Counted from the first letter of the stretch, positions 9,547 to 20,620 are shown. The stretch is DNA of 64,000 nt from an uncultured delta proteobacterium (GCA_963711835.1 CAVQFQ010000004.1:352001-416000); one strand, 5' to 3'. The notes: generated by a model from the letters alone, not told the origin. Made by a program: numbers and translations.

Positions 9547-10857
9547 TTATTCCTCTTCTTCTTCCATCTCCTCCAGGACCACCCCGTCCCGTTCGAACTG
9601 GGTGTCTCGCAGGGCCGTGGCTTGGGCGATTTCCTCATCACTCCAGGGTTCGATGACGATGGATTCGGCCAGAAGTTCCCAGAGATACATGGTCTCAATG
9701 GGCAATTGATATTCCTTGGTCAGGCCCTTCATGATCTGGTCCCGGCAGTTGTGGCAGGGGGCGACCACCAGTTCGGCCCCGGTGTCCCGGATCTGTTTAG
9801 CCTTGACTCGGCCGTAGTAGATCCGTTCCTTATCATACGGCATGGCCCAGGCCCCGCCGCCGGCCCCGCAGCAATAATTGTTCATGTCGACAGGATACAT
9901 ATCCACGTAATTATCCACCAACTGCTGGGTGATCCAGCGGATCTCCGGGCCGTAACTTTTGCCCAAGACCATCTGGCTCTTACGGGTGTAGTTGCAGGGA
10001 TCATGAGCCGTGGTCAATTGCGGATGTCTGGATTTGTCTATCGTCACCCGCCCGCTCTGGATGTATTCGATCATTAACTCAAAGACATTGATTACTTTAA
10101 ATTCCTTAAAGGCTTCCGGAAACCAGTTTTGCAGACCAACACGGGTCGCAAAGTAGGCGTGGCCTCACTCCGGTAGGAGGAGGGTTTTGCATTCCAACCT
10201 CCTGGCATTCTCCAGAACGCGACCCACCTGTTCCTTCCAGGCCGGATCATCTCCTGAAAAAAGGCCCCAGTTGACCCCTTCCCAGTTGGTGGAGGAAACG
10301 GTCCAGTCTTCCTTGGCGGCATAGAAGATCTTCCACCAGAACTTCATGTCGTCCGGCTCGCCGAAAGGTTCTTTGGAGTTGATGGTGGTAATGACATTGG
10401 CGCCTTTTTTATCCACCGGCACGTAAAATCCGGGGCATCCATCGTGGGCCAGTTCCTGGCCCAAATCGGCCAAGAGGCCCAGGAAGTCATCCCGGGGTAT
10501 GCCCAGGTTGTTGCCCCGCTGCAGGTTCATCATGGTCCCTTTGTGAATCGGGCCGGGAACCTTGTCCCGTTCGCGCAAACCCCGGGCCTTGCGGAAGGTT
10601 TTCATTAGATTGACCCCCATGGGACACTGGTTCTCACAGCGGCCGCAGAGGGTACAGATCCAGGGCCAGCGGGAATTAATCAGTTCATCGTCCAGTCCCA
10701 GGGCGGCCATGCGGATGGCTTTACGGGGATCAAAGCCGTCTATCCCGGTCACCGGGCAGCCCCCGGCGCAGGTGCCGCAGGTGAAACAGACATCCGCCAT
10801 CTTGGCATCTACGGCCAGCTTCCTATTTTTTTTGTTGACTCTCAAAGGTTCGGCCAT
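9547..10857 (-). CDS. HdrD-like (Fe-S + CCG domain) oxidoreductase, selenoprotein (UGA at 10165-10167)
   Basis: ORFs 10165..10857 and 9547..10074 are in one frame joined by LLPE-U-GHAYFATR (family ECGH motif) with no other stop; two 4Fe-4S motifs; HDPC and CCGAGGG. Confidence 0.85.
10128..10152 (-). promoter_or_regulatory. Putative SECIS hairpin (HdrD-like gene)
   Basis: UUUGC-GACC-CGUGUU-GGUC-U-GCAAA starting 12 nt after the UGA. Confidence 0.65.
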
Positions 10858-10926
10858 TACTAAACTCCTTTGTATATTCTTAAGCTCATCAAAAATAATA
10901 ACTTGTTTTGATCACCGAGGCAAGTA

Positions 10927-11769
10927 TTAATATTCCTTGGGCAGGCTATTTAACTTGGCCAGGGCGAAGACCGGTCCGTCCTTGCAGACGAACTCCGGGC
11001 CCACGCTGCAGCGGCCGCACATGCCGATGCCGCACTTCATCCGGTTTTCCAGGCTCATGATGATCCGTTCCGGCGAAAATCCCAACTTTTCCAGCACCGG
11101 CTGGGTGAATTTGATCATAATGGGCGGGCCGCAGACCAGGGCATAGGCGTCTTCAGCGCTGGGGGCCTTTTTTTCGGTGATAGCCGGAACGAAACCCACA
11201 TTGTATTTCCAGTCCGGGTCGTCGGTGCCGTCCACGGTGATGTGCATTTTGATGTCGTCCCGGGCTTCCCAGGCCGCCAGTTCGTCCTTGTAGAGCAGCA
11301 TGCCCGGTGAGCGGGCCCCGTAAACGACCGTAATATCCTGAAAACGGGCCCTGTTTTTTGGTTCCAGAAGATAGATAATGGTGGAGCGCAGGGTGGTGAA
11401 GGCAAAACCGCCGGCCACGATAACAATGCTTTTCCCTTCCATCTCCTCCAGAGGATACCAATTGCCCAAGGGCCCCCGGACCCCCATGACCTCCCCTTCC
11501 CTCATGTTATGGAGATAGGAGGATACCAGGCCGACTTTATTGACCGTGAATTTAATGAAGCCTTGTTCCGTGGGAGAGGAGGCGATTCCGATGGGGATTT
11601 CTCCCTTGCCGGCTATGGATAATTCGGCAAACTGTCCGGGATGGTAGGCAAAGCGCGGTTCATCCTCCGGGTTCAGAAAGACAAACTTGAAGGTCTTCAG
11701 GTTCCGGTCTTCAGTCTCGGTAATGATCTGATCGATTCGGACCGGGTAGGGTAAATAGGGATTGATCAC
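10927..11769 (-). CDS. flxA: FAD/NAD(P)-binding oxidoreductase (FlxA/AsrB-like)
   Basis: PGQF, RGPLGN, CGPPIM, MKCGIGMCGRC...CKDGPVF; GTG start after AGGGGG. Confidence 0.85.
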   Translation of the reverse strand: MINPYLPYPVRIDQIITETEDRNLKTFKFVFLNPEDEPRFAYHPGQFAELSIAGKGEIPIGIASSPTEQGFIKFTVNKVGLVSSYLHNMREGEVMGVRGPLGNWYPLEEMEGKSIVIVAGGFAFTTLRSTIIYLLEPKNRARFQDITVVYGARSPGMLLYKDELAAWEARDDIKMHITVDGTDDPDWKYNVGFVPAITEKKAPSAEDAYALVCGPPIMIKFTQPVLEKLGFSPERIIMSLENRMKCGIGMCGRCSVGPEFVCKDGPVFALAKLNSLPKEY

Positions 11770-11782
11770 GAAAACACCCCCT

Positions 11783-12826
11783 CTAATTCGCCTCAAAGGC
11801 GTTCATAAGACGGCAGACCTGCCGAATATCGATATTGACCGGGCAGAACTGGACACATCGCCCGCAGCCCACACAGGCCACCCCGTTTTCATATTTATCC
11901 ACATAATATTTCAGTTTGTGCATAAAACGCTGCCGGACCCGCTGTATCTTATGCTCTCGGGGATTGTGTCCGGAGCCGTGCAGGGTGAAGAGGGGAAACA
12001 TGCAGGAATCCCAGTTGCGCATCCGGATCCCTTCCATCCCGAAGACCTCGTCCTGGATGTCGAAACACCAGCAGGTAGGGCAGAGGTAGGTACAGGTGCC
12101 GCAGTTAATGCAGGAGAACTGGACCTCGTCCCAAAAAGGGGCGTTAAACAGTTCCAGCAGGGGCCGGCTTTTCAGACGATCAACAGGCACCGCCTCGCTA
12201 AAGGATTCCTGAGCGGTCTTTTCCAGTTGGGCGGCTTTTTCCTTGTCGGCCGGCGAGGGCTCAGAGCCCGCGGCCTTGGAAAGCAAGGCCTGACCTTTTT
12301 CGTTCAGGGCTTGGGCCAGGAACCGTTCTCCTAAATCGGTCAGCAGGATATCGAGGCCGGCACTGTCAAAAGGGCCGCCGCCCACGGAATGACAGAAACA
12401 GGTGGAACAGGGGTTATTACAACCCAAACCGATCAGAGCCAGGCTTTCCCGGCCCTGTTTCCACCAGGGATCGGTATATTCCGGGGTGGTAAAGTTGATC
12501 TGGACCAGATTTAAAGCCCGGGCGTCGCAGGGACGGACTGCAAAAAGCAGTCGGGGGTTATCAACCGCCGGTAATTCTTTGAGGATATGGGCCTCCGGGT
12601 CGGCCTGATCCAGGGTGAACTGGAACATCCGCTCCGAGGGGGGCTGGACAAAGGCCTTGGGGGAAAGCCGGGTGTTCTGAAAGGATAGATCCGGTTCAAG
12701 ACCGTCCTTCAAAGGGGTAAAGTTGACCTGCTCCTGGTCCCGGACCGGTCCATAAACCTGGTAGGATTTACCCAACTCCTTCAGCCAGGGGGTAAGATCC
12801 TTTTTTAAAATAATTTTTTCGATCAT
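11783..12826 (-). CDS. flxB: 4Fe-4S dicluster protein (FlxB/AsrA-like)
   Basis: CINCGTCTYLCPTCWC, RQRFMHK, CVGCGRCVQFCP. Confidence 0.85.
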   Translation of the reverse strand: MIEKIILKKDLTPWLKELGKSYQVYGPVRDQEQVNFTPLKDGLEPDLSFQNTRLSPKAFVQPPSERMFQFTLDQADPEAHILKELPAVDNPRLLFAVRPCDARALNLVQINFTTPEYTDPWWKQGRESLALIGLGCNNPCSTCFCHSVGGGPFDSAGLDILLTDLGERFLAQALNEKGQALLSKAAGSEPSPADKEKAAQLEKTAQESFSEAVPVDRLKSRPLLELFNAPFWDEVQFSCINCGTCTYLCPTCWCFDIQDEVFGMEGIRMRNWDSCMFPLFTLHGSGHNPREHKIQRVRQRFMHKLKYYVDKYENGVACVGCGRCVQFCPVNIDIRQVCRLMNAFEAN

Positions 12827-12926
12827 AACACAAGTCCTTTTTTAATTGCCGGCCGTCAGCGCCCGGCGGCCGGCTTTTCCTTGGTGGAAGATTTTAAGCT
12901 CTAAGCTGATGGACGAACACCGGCAG

Positions 12927-13877
12927 CTATTTTATAAATCCTTCCGGATCATCAGGGAGGTAAACATCCAGGGGCGGGCGGCCTTCCGGAATTACACCGG
13001 CTTCGAAATGATACAGTTCCCAGATGTCCTTTTCCAGTTTTTTGGTGAACTGACGGACCTTGATACCCACCGGGCAGGCCCGTTCGCAGGCCCCGCAATC
13101 GGTGCAACGGCCGGCACAATGATAGGCCCTGAGAAAATGAAAGGTCCGGATATCCGTTTTATCCAAGCTCTTGCCGACCCATTGTGGTTTGGATTCATCG
13201 ACAAAACAGTAAGGGCAATAACAAAGAGGGCAGGCATTGCGGCAGGCGTAACAGCGGATACAGGGGGCTATCAGGTCCTCAAAGTATTGCCAGCGGGCTT
13301 GGGGATCCAGGGCCTCAACCGCCCGGACGTCCTCGTAACGGTCCACATCGGTCTGCTCGGGAACCGGGTCGGCCAACAATTCGTCGTAAATGACCGGATT
13401 TCGATGGATGCAAATGGCGCAATTATCCTGGAGGAAATCTTTCTTTTCCAGGGTTTCCGTGAAACCCTTCCCTCCAACCGTAAGCTGGGTCTCCGATTCA
13501 TGGGCCTGGAGGATATCCTGCTGGCTGACCCTGGCCCAGATCTTTCGCCGGTCGACCATCCCCCGGCAGGGTGCACCGATGATATGGATCTGCTCCCGGG
13601 TTACCTGTCCTTCCTGGAGGTGGACGACGATATTCCGGCTGTCACAGCCCTTGGCTACTACGGCCAGCTTTTCTTTCGATTTGCCTATGTAGTTGGCCAG
13701 GTTTACGCCGCAAAAGGAGTCCCAGTAAAGCTGATCGGTCTTTTCCGGGTCCCGGACCAGGATCGGCTCGTTCATCATGGGAACGCTCCCGCGGCGATAG
13801 CCGATGACGGCGTCCACTTTTTTATCGGTCAAGAGTCTCTTGGCTATTTCCCGGATCTTTTGGGTATATTCCACCAT
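12927..13877 (-). CDS. flxC: 4Fe-4S dicluster protein (FlxC-like)
   Basis: KGCDSR, CIRCYACRNACPLCYC, GRCTDCGACERACP. Confidence 0.82.
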   Translation of the reverse strand: MVEYTQKIREIAKRLLTDKKVDAVIGYRRGSVPMMNEPILVRDPEKTDQLYWDSFCGVNLANYIGKSKEKLAVVAKGCDSRNIVVHLQEGQVTREQIHIIGAPCRGMVDRRKIWARVSQQDILQAHESETQLTVGGKGFTETLEKKDFLQDNCAICIHRNPVIYDELLADPVPEQTDVDRYEDVRAVEALDPQARWQYFEDLIAPCIRCYACRNACPLCYCPYCFVDESKPQWVGKSLDKTDIRTFHFLRAYHCAGRCTDCGACERACPVGIKVRQFTKKLEKDIWELYHFEAGVIPEGRPPLDVYLPDDPEGFIK

Positions 13878-13878
13878 G

Positions 13879-14313
13879 CTAAGCCACCTCAGGCATTCTC
13901 TTAATGTAATGTTGGGCCGGCCCCAGCGCCTTGACGGCCCCGGTAACTTCGGTTACCACCTGCTGAAATTTTGTCGCTTCGGCTGAAGATACCCAGGAAA
14001 AATGCAGGCGCCCCGGTTCAATGCCCATGTGCTCCAAAAGGCCCTTCAAGACAGCGAATTTGCGCCGGGCATAATAGTTCCCGGCTATATAATGGCAGTC
14101 GCCGGGATGGCAGCCTGAAACCCAGACCCCGTCGGCGCCATGGCGAAATGAAGCCAGAACGAATTTCGGATCCAACCGGCCGGAACAGGGAATCCGGACC
14201 ACGCGGATGTTCGGGGGGTACTGTAAGCGGCTCACACCGGCCAGATCGGCCCCTCCGTAACTGCACCAGTTGCATAGAAAGGCAATAATTTTCGGTTCGA
14301 ACGGTTCACTCAT
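13879..14313 (-). CDS. mvhD: Hydrogenase iron-sulfur subunit MvhD/FlxD
   Basis: FLCNWCSYGGADLAG, PCSGR, GCHPGDCHY. Confidence 0.92.
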   Translation of the reverse strand: MSEPFEPKIIAFLCNWCSYGGADLAGVSRLQYPPNIRVVRIPCSGRLDPKFVLASFRHGADGVWVSGCHPGDCHYIAGNYYARRKFAVLKGLLEHMGIEPGRLHFSWVSSAEATKFQQVVTEVTGAVKALGPAQHYIKRMPEVA

Positions 14314-14333
14314 CTAAAAACTCCTTAAGAATT

Positions 14334-14411
14334 AAGGGTCAAGGATTCAAGGGTTCAAGCGACGGGATTTGATTTCCCGTGAAGCCTGGACCCCTTGACC
14401 CCTGGGACCCT
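14334..14411. repeat. Intergenic 8-nt-period microrepeat arms in inverted arrangement around a hairpin
   Basis: AAGGGTC AAGGATTC AAGGGTTC ... CCTGGACC CCTTGACC CCTGGGAC; related arms at 25091-25128 and 32370-32410. Confidence 0.6.
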
Positions 14412-14417
14412 GTTTTT

Positions 14418-17400
14418 TTAGGCCGCCTCAATCATAGCGAAAATTTGCCCCTGATCAAAACCTTTCAAGGTAATGGCCCCGGACCGGCAGGAGGCCACAC
14501 AAAGGCCGCAGCCCTTGCAGAGGACCGGATTGATTTCGGCCTTCGCGGTTTTCTCGTTCCAGCCGGGCGCCGAGTAAGGACAGAGGGCCAGACAAACCCC
14601 GCATTGGCTGCAAAGACTGGGAATGGTCTGGGCCACGGTGCCGCTTACTTCGATCGTTAATGCTGAAAGCAGGGTGACGGCCCGGGCAACGGCTGCCTGG
14701 GCCTGGGCAATGGATTCATCCACCGGTTTGGGGTAATGGGCCAACCCGCAGAGAAAGACCCCATCGGTGGCGAAGTCGACCGGCCGCAGTTTGGCATGGG
14801 CTTCCACGAAAAACCCGTCGTCATTCAAGGGAACCTTGAAGAGCTGGGCCAGTTCATGGTCCTTATAGGAAACGATGGCCCCGGCAAGACCTAAGAGGTC
14901 GGCCTGGATCTGGACTTCCTGACTGAGGATATGATCCAAAACGGTTATCTTCAAGCCCTCTGGTTCAACGGTCACCCGGGGTTTGTTGTCTACCGTGTAA
15001 CGGATGAAGAGGATCCCGGCCTGGCGGGCCTGCTTGTAGAGGTCTTCCCGTTCCCCATAGGTTCGCAGGTCGCGATAAAGGATATAGATGTCCCGGTCGG
15101 GGTTTTCTTCCTTGAGTTTCAGGGCCGAGTGAACCGAGTGGGTACAACAGACACGGCTGCAATAAGGCCGTTCCGGTTCACGTGAACCCACGCATTGAAT
15201 AAAGACCACGGACTTGGCTTTTTCCACCAAGGGATCTTTTCCGGCCATCTTTTGGTCCAGCTCCAGATGGGTCATTACCCGGGGATCCTGCCCATAGGTG
15301 TATTCCTCAGGTTTGAGTTCCTGGGCCCCGGTGGCGATGACTACAATGCCATGTTGGATGGAGGTTGGTTCAGAACCGTTGTCGACCCGGACGAGCCGGG
15401 TCGTGAATTGGCCTACGAAGCCGCCCGCATCGAGGATTCGGTGTCCGAGGTAAGTTTTGATCCGGGGATGTTCCTCCACTTTCTTGACCAGATCAAGCAG
15501 ATAGGCCTGGATGTCTTCTCCCCGCCAAGTGGTGTTCAGATGAAGGGCCTGGCCGCCAAGCTGTGAGGATTTATCCACCAGGTAGACCTGGAAGCCCTGG
15601 TCGGCCAATTCCAAAGCGGCGGTAAGTCCGGATATTCCGCCTCCAACCACCAAACCCGAATGGGTAACCTCCACCGAGGTATCCTGCAGGGGTTCCAAAA
15701 GCGTAGCTTTGGCCACAGCCATCCGAACCAGGTCTTTGGCTTTGACGGTGGCCGCCTCCGGGTCATTGGCGTGGACCCAGGAATTCTGGTTACGAATGTT
15801 GGCCATTTCAAAGAGATACTTGTTCAAGCCTGAATCAATCAAGGTTTCCTGAAAGAGTGGTTCGTGGGTTCGGGGGGTACAGGCCGCCACCACGATTCGG
15901 TTCAGCCGGTTGTCCCGGATAACCCCTTTGATTTTTTCCTGGGTATCCTGGGAACAGGAAAACAAGTTCTCTTCTACGAATTCCACATAGGGCAGGGACT
16001 TGGCGTATTCCACCACCTCGGGCACCCGAACTACCCCGGCGATATTGATGCCGCAGTCGCAAACAAAGACCCCGATTCTGGGCCGTTCCCCGGCCACTAC
16101 TCGGGGCTTGGGGACCTGTTTCTCCCTGGTCAGGGTATTCCGGACCGACGCCAAATTGCGAGCCGCGGCGCAGGCGGCGGCGCTGGCCTCCATGACCGAT
16201 TGAGGGATGTCTTTCGGGCCCTGCACCACCCCGCAGGCATAAATCCCGGGGGCAGAGGTTTCCACCGGGGTGAAACTGCTTTTTTCCACAAACTGGTTGG
16301 CATTAACCCCGATCCCTAATTTCTGGAAAAGGTCCAAACTCTCTTTGGGGGTTTCCAGGCCCACGGACAGGACGACCATATCAAAATCTTCGATGACCAC
16401 CTGACCATTTTCGGTGGCATAGGTGATGCGCAGGTCGTTGCTCTCGGGTAACGGATCCACCGTATGGATCCGGGATCGGATAAACCGGATCCCCTGATCC
16501 TTGGCTTTGTTGTAATAGCGTTCGAAGTCCTTGCCGTGGGATCGGATATCCATAAAAAAAACGGTGGCCTCCAAAGCCTCTTTACTGTGTTCCTTGGAAA
16601 TCATGGCCTCTTTGATGGCGTACATGCAGCAGACGGCGGAACAGTAGCCGTGGTCGCAGTGATTGATGTCCCGGGAACCCACACACTGAAGCCAGGCGAT
16701 TTTTTTCGGTTCCTTATGATCGGAAGGCCGAACCAGGTGTCCCATGTAGGGACCGGAGGCGGACAGGATCCGTTCATATTCCATGGCCGTAACCACATTG
16801 GGCATCTTGGCGTAGGCGTAGGTGTCATACAGGGTGGGATCGTAACATTTGAATCCTGACGACAGGATGATTGAGCCCACGTTCAGGCTCAATTCCTTGG
16901 GTTGTTCCTGAAAATTTACCGCCTGGGTGGGGCAAAACTTTTCGCAGGCTCGGCACTTGCCTTTGAGAAAATAAATACAATTTCCGGCGTCGATGACGTA
17001 TTTCAGGGGTACGGCCTGGGCATACTGGACATAAGCCGCTTTGCGGGGCGCCAAGCCCTCGTTATACTCGTCCTTAACTTTCTTGGGGCACTTTTCGGCA
17101 CATAGACCACAGGCGATACATTTGTCCATGTCGATATAGCGGGGTTTTTGCAGTACCCGGACCTCAAAGTTGCCCTCTTCACCGGAGATGGCGGTCAGTT
17201 CCGCCATAGTGAGTAATTCGATGTTGATGTGTCGGCCGACCTCGACCAATTTGGGGGAGATAATTCACATGGCGCAGTCATTGGTAGGGAAGGTCTTGTC
17301 CAACTGGGCCATACCCCCACCAATCGAGGCGGATTTTTCCACCAAGTAGACATAAAAACCGGAATTGGCTAAGTCCAGGGCGGCTTGCATGCCGGCGATA

Positions 17401-17465
17401 CCGCCGCCGACCACCAAGACCGCTCCTACCTGATCACTCATCGATTTTTTTTGTTGCGAAGCCAT
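14418..17465 (-). CDS. hdrA: Heterodisulfide reductase subunit A-like flavoprotein, selenoprotein (UGA at 17265-17267)
   Basis: ORFs 17265..17465 and 14418..17249 join in frame as [22 protein letters not shown] (family DCxxC motif); GGGIAG FAD motifs, QCVGSRD, ferredoxin motifs. Confidence 0.92.
17234..17247 (-). promoter_or_regulatory. Putative SECIS hairpin (hdrA)
   Basis: GGUCG-AGGU-CGGCC starting 17 nt after the UGA. Confidence 0.6.
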
Positions 17466-17613
17466 AGGATCTCCTGTTTACGTTGACGAACTCCTTCGCC
17501 TGATATCCCCTCCAACCTCGGGATCAGACGGGTGAGTAAAATTAAAGCTGAGGATGTTACAACCTATAAGTATTCCGTAGAATCTTAGGTGCGGGGGTTT
17601 TGGTTAATAAAAA

Positions 17614-18165
17614 TTAGACACCGCTTCCTTCTTCGATAACCACCTGATCTAACTGTTCTAATTCTTTAAAGGCCACATTAACCCGTTCGCCGGGCCGGGT
17701 GTTGATTTGGATGCCGATGTAATCGGCGCAAATGGGCAGTTCCCGGCCGCTACGATCGACCAAAACGGCCAGGGCAATACGACGGGGCCGGCCGAAATCG
17801 ATCATGGCATCCAAAGCGGCCCGAACGGTCCGGCCGGTATAAAGGACATCATCCACCAGGATGACGATTTTATCATCAAGGGAAAAGGGAAGATCCGTTT
17901 TCCCTATGATGGGCTTGTGATTAATACGGGTCCAATCATCCCGGTAGAGCGTAATATCCAGGACGCCCAGAGGGACCTTGTGGGTCTTGGCCTGATTAAT
18001 TTTTTCCCGGATCCGATTGGCCAGGAAGGCCCCGCCGGTCCGAATTCCGATCAGGACCAAAGCTCCGGTATCGGAATAATCGGCCAAGATCCTGGCCACC
18101 ATTTGGTCCAAGGCCTCAGCCATCCCCTGGCCGGATAAAACCACTTTGGTCTTGCCTTTTTTCAT
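17614..18165 (-). CDS. pyrR: Bifunctional pyr operon regulator/uracil phosphoribosyltransferase
   Basis: LDITLYRDD, LVDDVLYTGRTVRAALDA, RELPI; start moved to MKKGKT. Confidence 0.95.
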   Translation of the reverse strand: MKKGKTKVVLSGQGMAEALDQMVARILADYSDTGALVLIGIRTGGAFLANRIREKINQAKTHKVPLGVLDITLYRDDWTRINHKPIIGKTDLPFSLDDKIVILVDDVLYTGRTVRAALDAMIDFGRPRRIALAVLVDRSGRELPICADYIGIQINTRPGERVNVAFKELEQLDQVVIEEGSGV

Positions 18166-18404
18166 AGGGATCTTAAAAAAATGAAATAAAAATTGGAAAT
18201 TAACATAGGGGCGGATATTGGTCAAGAAAAAATGTTCTTTTTTTCTCAAAGCCTTGGGAAGGGGTTTATTTTTTATAGCTGCTTGAAAATTCTAATAAAA
18301 AAGGTTAAGATGGTTGAATCGAACCTTTTTTAACTCTCAGGCCTTCCAGGCCTGGTCTTTAAACCGGTTTATGGAAAGGGTGGGCCACGGTGAAAGGGGA
18401 TTTA

Positions 18405-19115
18405 ATGTTGGGGAATCGGAAAGAGACCGGATTAAGCGAAGTTCAAAAGAATATTGCCTATACCTTTCAGGATCCTTCCCGGCTGGAGCAGGCCTTAACC
18501 CATCGCTCTTTCACCAATGAACACCCAGAATTACAGGGGAAGAATAATGAACGATTGGAATTCCTGGGAGACGCCGTCCTTAATTTATCGCTCAGCCATC
18601 TTTTAATAGAACAATTCCCGGATCTCCCGGAGGGGGATCTTTCCAAGATCCGGGCCGGGTTGGTTAATGAGAGCCACCTGGCGGACCTGGCCCAGGAACT
18701 GAAACTGGGAGATTATTTATTGATCGGGCGGGGTGAAGAGATAACCGGGGGGCGCAAAAAACCTTCGATCCTGGCCGACACCCTGGAGGCGGTCCTGGGG
18801 GCCGTTTATCTGGATGGCGGTTTAGACCCCGTCTCCGAATGGGTTTCCCGGTTTTTTAAATCCACCTTAGCGGATCAAGAGGGGCTTCCAAAAAGTGATT
18901 TTAAGACCCTGCTCCAGGAGTATTGTCAGGGAAAATTGAAAATCACCCCAGGCTATACCGTCTTTCGGGAAGAAGGACCGGACCACAAAAAAGTTTTCTT
19001 TGTGGAGGTCAGGATTCAGGATCAGGTCGTTTCTCGGGGCAAAGGGAAAACCAAGAAGGAGGCCCAGCAGAAAGCGGCCCAAAAGGCCCTGGAAGGGCTA
19101 ACCAAAAATATTTGA
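18405..19115 (+). CDS. rnc: Ribonuclease III
   Basis: ALTHRS, NERLEFLGDAVL, C-terminal dsRBD (GPDHKK...KKEAQQ). Confidence 0.96.
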   Translation: MLGNRKETGLSEVQKNIAYTFQDPSRLEQALTHRSFTNEHPELQGKNNERLEFLGDAVLNLSLSHLLIEQFPDLPEGDLSKIRAGLVNESHLADLAQELKLGDYLLIGRGEEITGGRKKPSILADTLEAVLGAVYLDGGLDPVSEWVSRFFKSTLADQEGLPKSDFKTLLQEYCQGKLKITPGYTVFREEGPDHKKVFFVEVRIQDQVVSRGKGKTKKEAQQKAAQKALEGLTKNI

Positions 19116-19199
19116 ATTTTTGGGATAGTCCCAAAGTTACGTGATTCTCAAACAGAAGGAGTAGCCTCTTAAAATATTAAATCACCCCAAAGGGCTTCA

Positions 19200-19398
19200 G
19201 GGGTCTTGATTTCAAGGATTGTCCGCCAAAACGCCAGTAGCCTGAACCCGGGCAGGAAGTTTATAATGGGGTTTAGAAACAGGCCAACACCAAAGTCCCG
19301 CCTCGGCGGGATGAATGCCCGGCTCCCAACCCACTTAGGAATTCGGGCCGGATTGGGGCTACGGATACCCTTTCGGACAACCTTGAAATCAAGACCCC
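19200..19398. mobile_element. MITE-like non-autonomous element, copy 1 (~200 bp, ~25-bp terminal inverted repeats)
   Basis: GGGGTCTTGATTTCAAGGATTGTCCG ... CGGACAACCTTGAAATCAAGACCCC; highly similar copy at 29291-29490. Confidence 0.8.
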
Positions 19399-19460
19399 TG
19401 AAGCCCTCGACGAATGGAGTGCTTAAAAATCACGTAACGTTGGGACGAACTCCGTTTTTG

Positions 19461-19525
19461 TTTTGATTATTTGGACGTTTGACCTTCGTGCTTGTTTCGA
19501 ATTTCGTGCTTCGAAATTCGAATTT
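19461..19525. repeat. TTCG-rich 7-nt-period repeat arm
   Basis: ...GCTTGTTTCGAATTTCGTGCTTCGAAATTCGAATTT; reverse-complement homolog at 54518-54575. Confidence 0.7.
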
Positions 19526-19543
19526 ATTAGTTTCGTGTTTGTT

Positions 19544-20620
19544 ATGGCTCAACTTTCTAGACGAAGCTCCCCATTTATTATTCCCATTTTCCTGCCCCAA
19601 TGGGGCTGTCCTTTTCAATGTGTCTACTGCCGGCAGGAGAGCATAACCGGCCTGCAAAGGGACTCTATCGATTTTAAGACCTTGTCTGCGCTGGTGGAGG
19701 CCGGCCTGGCCTCCAGGAAAAGAAAGCCGGGACAGCAGACTGAGATCGCTTTTTATGGCGGAACCTTCACCAGTATTGAAACAACCGCGCAGGAGGCCTT
19801 GTTGGAATGGGGCAGCCTCTACGTCCGGCAGGGCCGGGTGGACGGCCTGCGGCTTTCCACCCGGCCGGATGCCCTTCCCCCGGAGATTGTTAACGGGCTT
19901 TGGGTGAAGGGGGTAAAAACCATTGAGCTGGGCGTCCAATCCCTAAATGACCAAGTCCTAAGCGAGGCCCGGAGGGGCCATACAGCCCGGGATACCTTTC
20001 GGGCCTTCGGGCTTTTAAAAAAATGGTCTTTTAATATCGGCGCTCAGATCATGCTGGGGCTGCCCGGTGATGACGGACGGGCCTTCAGGGAGACGGTGGA
20101 GAGGCTTCTAATTTTGAAACCCGACAGGGTTCGGATTTATCCCACCCTGGTTTTACGGGGAACCACCTTAGCCCACTGGTATGAAGAGGGACGTTATGAA
20201 CCCGTGTCCCTGGATGAAGCCGTGGCCTTAGGCGCCTGGGCAGTTGAGCTATTCGAAGCAAAGGGCATCCCGGTCATAAGAATCGGCCTCCAAAATCAGA
20301 ACCAAATGAAATTGGGACAGGATCTGCTGGCCGGCCCTTTTCACCCGGCCTTTGGAGACCTGGTGCGCCGGGAAATTTTCCTGAAAAATCTAAAACATTT
20401 TTTAAAAAACAATGTTCCTTTATCATCCGTTATTGAATTGACGGTTTCGGACCGGGATGAGAGCTTCCTTACGGGTGAAAATAGGAAGGGTTGGCGACAG
20501 CTTATGATGGAATTGGGGATCACTATTCGTTTAAAGAAAGATGGGGGGTTGTTTCCCGGCTCCTGGATTTGTTCACAAAAAAATCACTCCAGGGGCATAA
20601 TGAGGACAATAGGGCCATAG
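19544..20620 (+). CDS. Radical SAM protein (Elp3/YhcC-like)
   Basis: GCPFQCVYC, AFYGGTFT, LSTRPD, ELGVQS, AGPFHPAFG. Confidence 0.9.
   Translation: MAQLSRRSSPFIIPIFLPQWGCPFQCVYCRQESITGLQRDSIDFKTLSALVEAGLASRKRKPGQQTEIAFYGGTFTSIETTAQEALLEWGSLYVRQGRVDGLRLSTRPDALPPEIVNGLWVKGVKTIELGVQSLNDQVLSEARRGHTARDTFRAFGLLKKWSFNIGAQIMLGLPGDDGRAFRETVERLLILKPDRVRIYPTLVLRGTTLAHWYEEGRYEPVSLDEAVALGAWAVELFEAKGIPVIRIGLQNQNQMKLGQDLLAGPFHPAFGDLVRREIFLKNLKHFLKNNVPLSSVIELTVSDRDESFLTGENRKGWRQLMMELGITIRLKKDGGLFPGSWICSQKNHSRGIMRTIGP

Noticed and set aside
13879-14313. Selenocysteine in MvhD
   Set aside because: The ORF is uninterrupted and the GCHPGDCHY motif is encoded with Cys codons.
19206-19466. Small ORFs 19206..19466 and 29183..29512, and the N-terminal extension of ispG
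   Set aside because: Chance translations of the MITE sequence.
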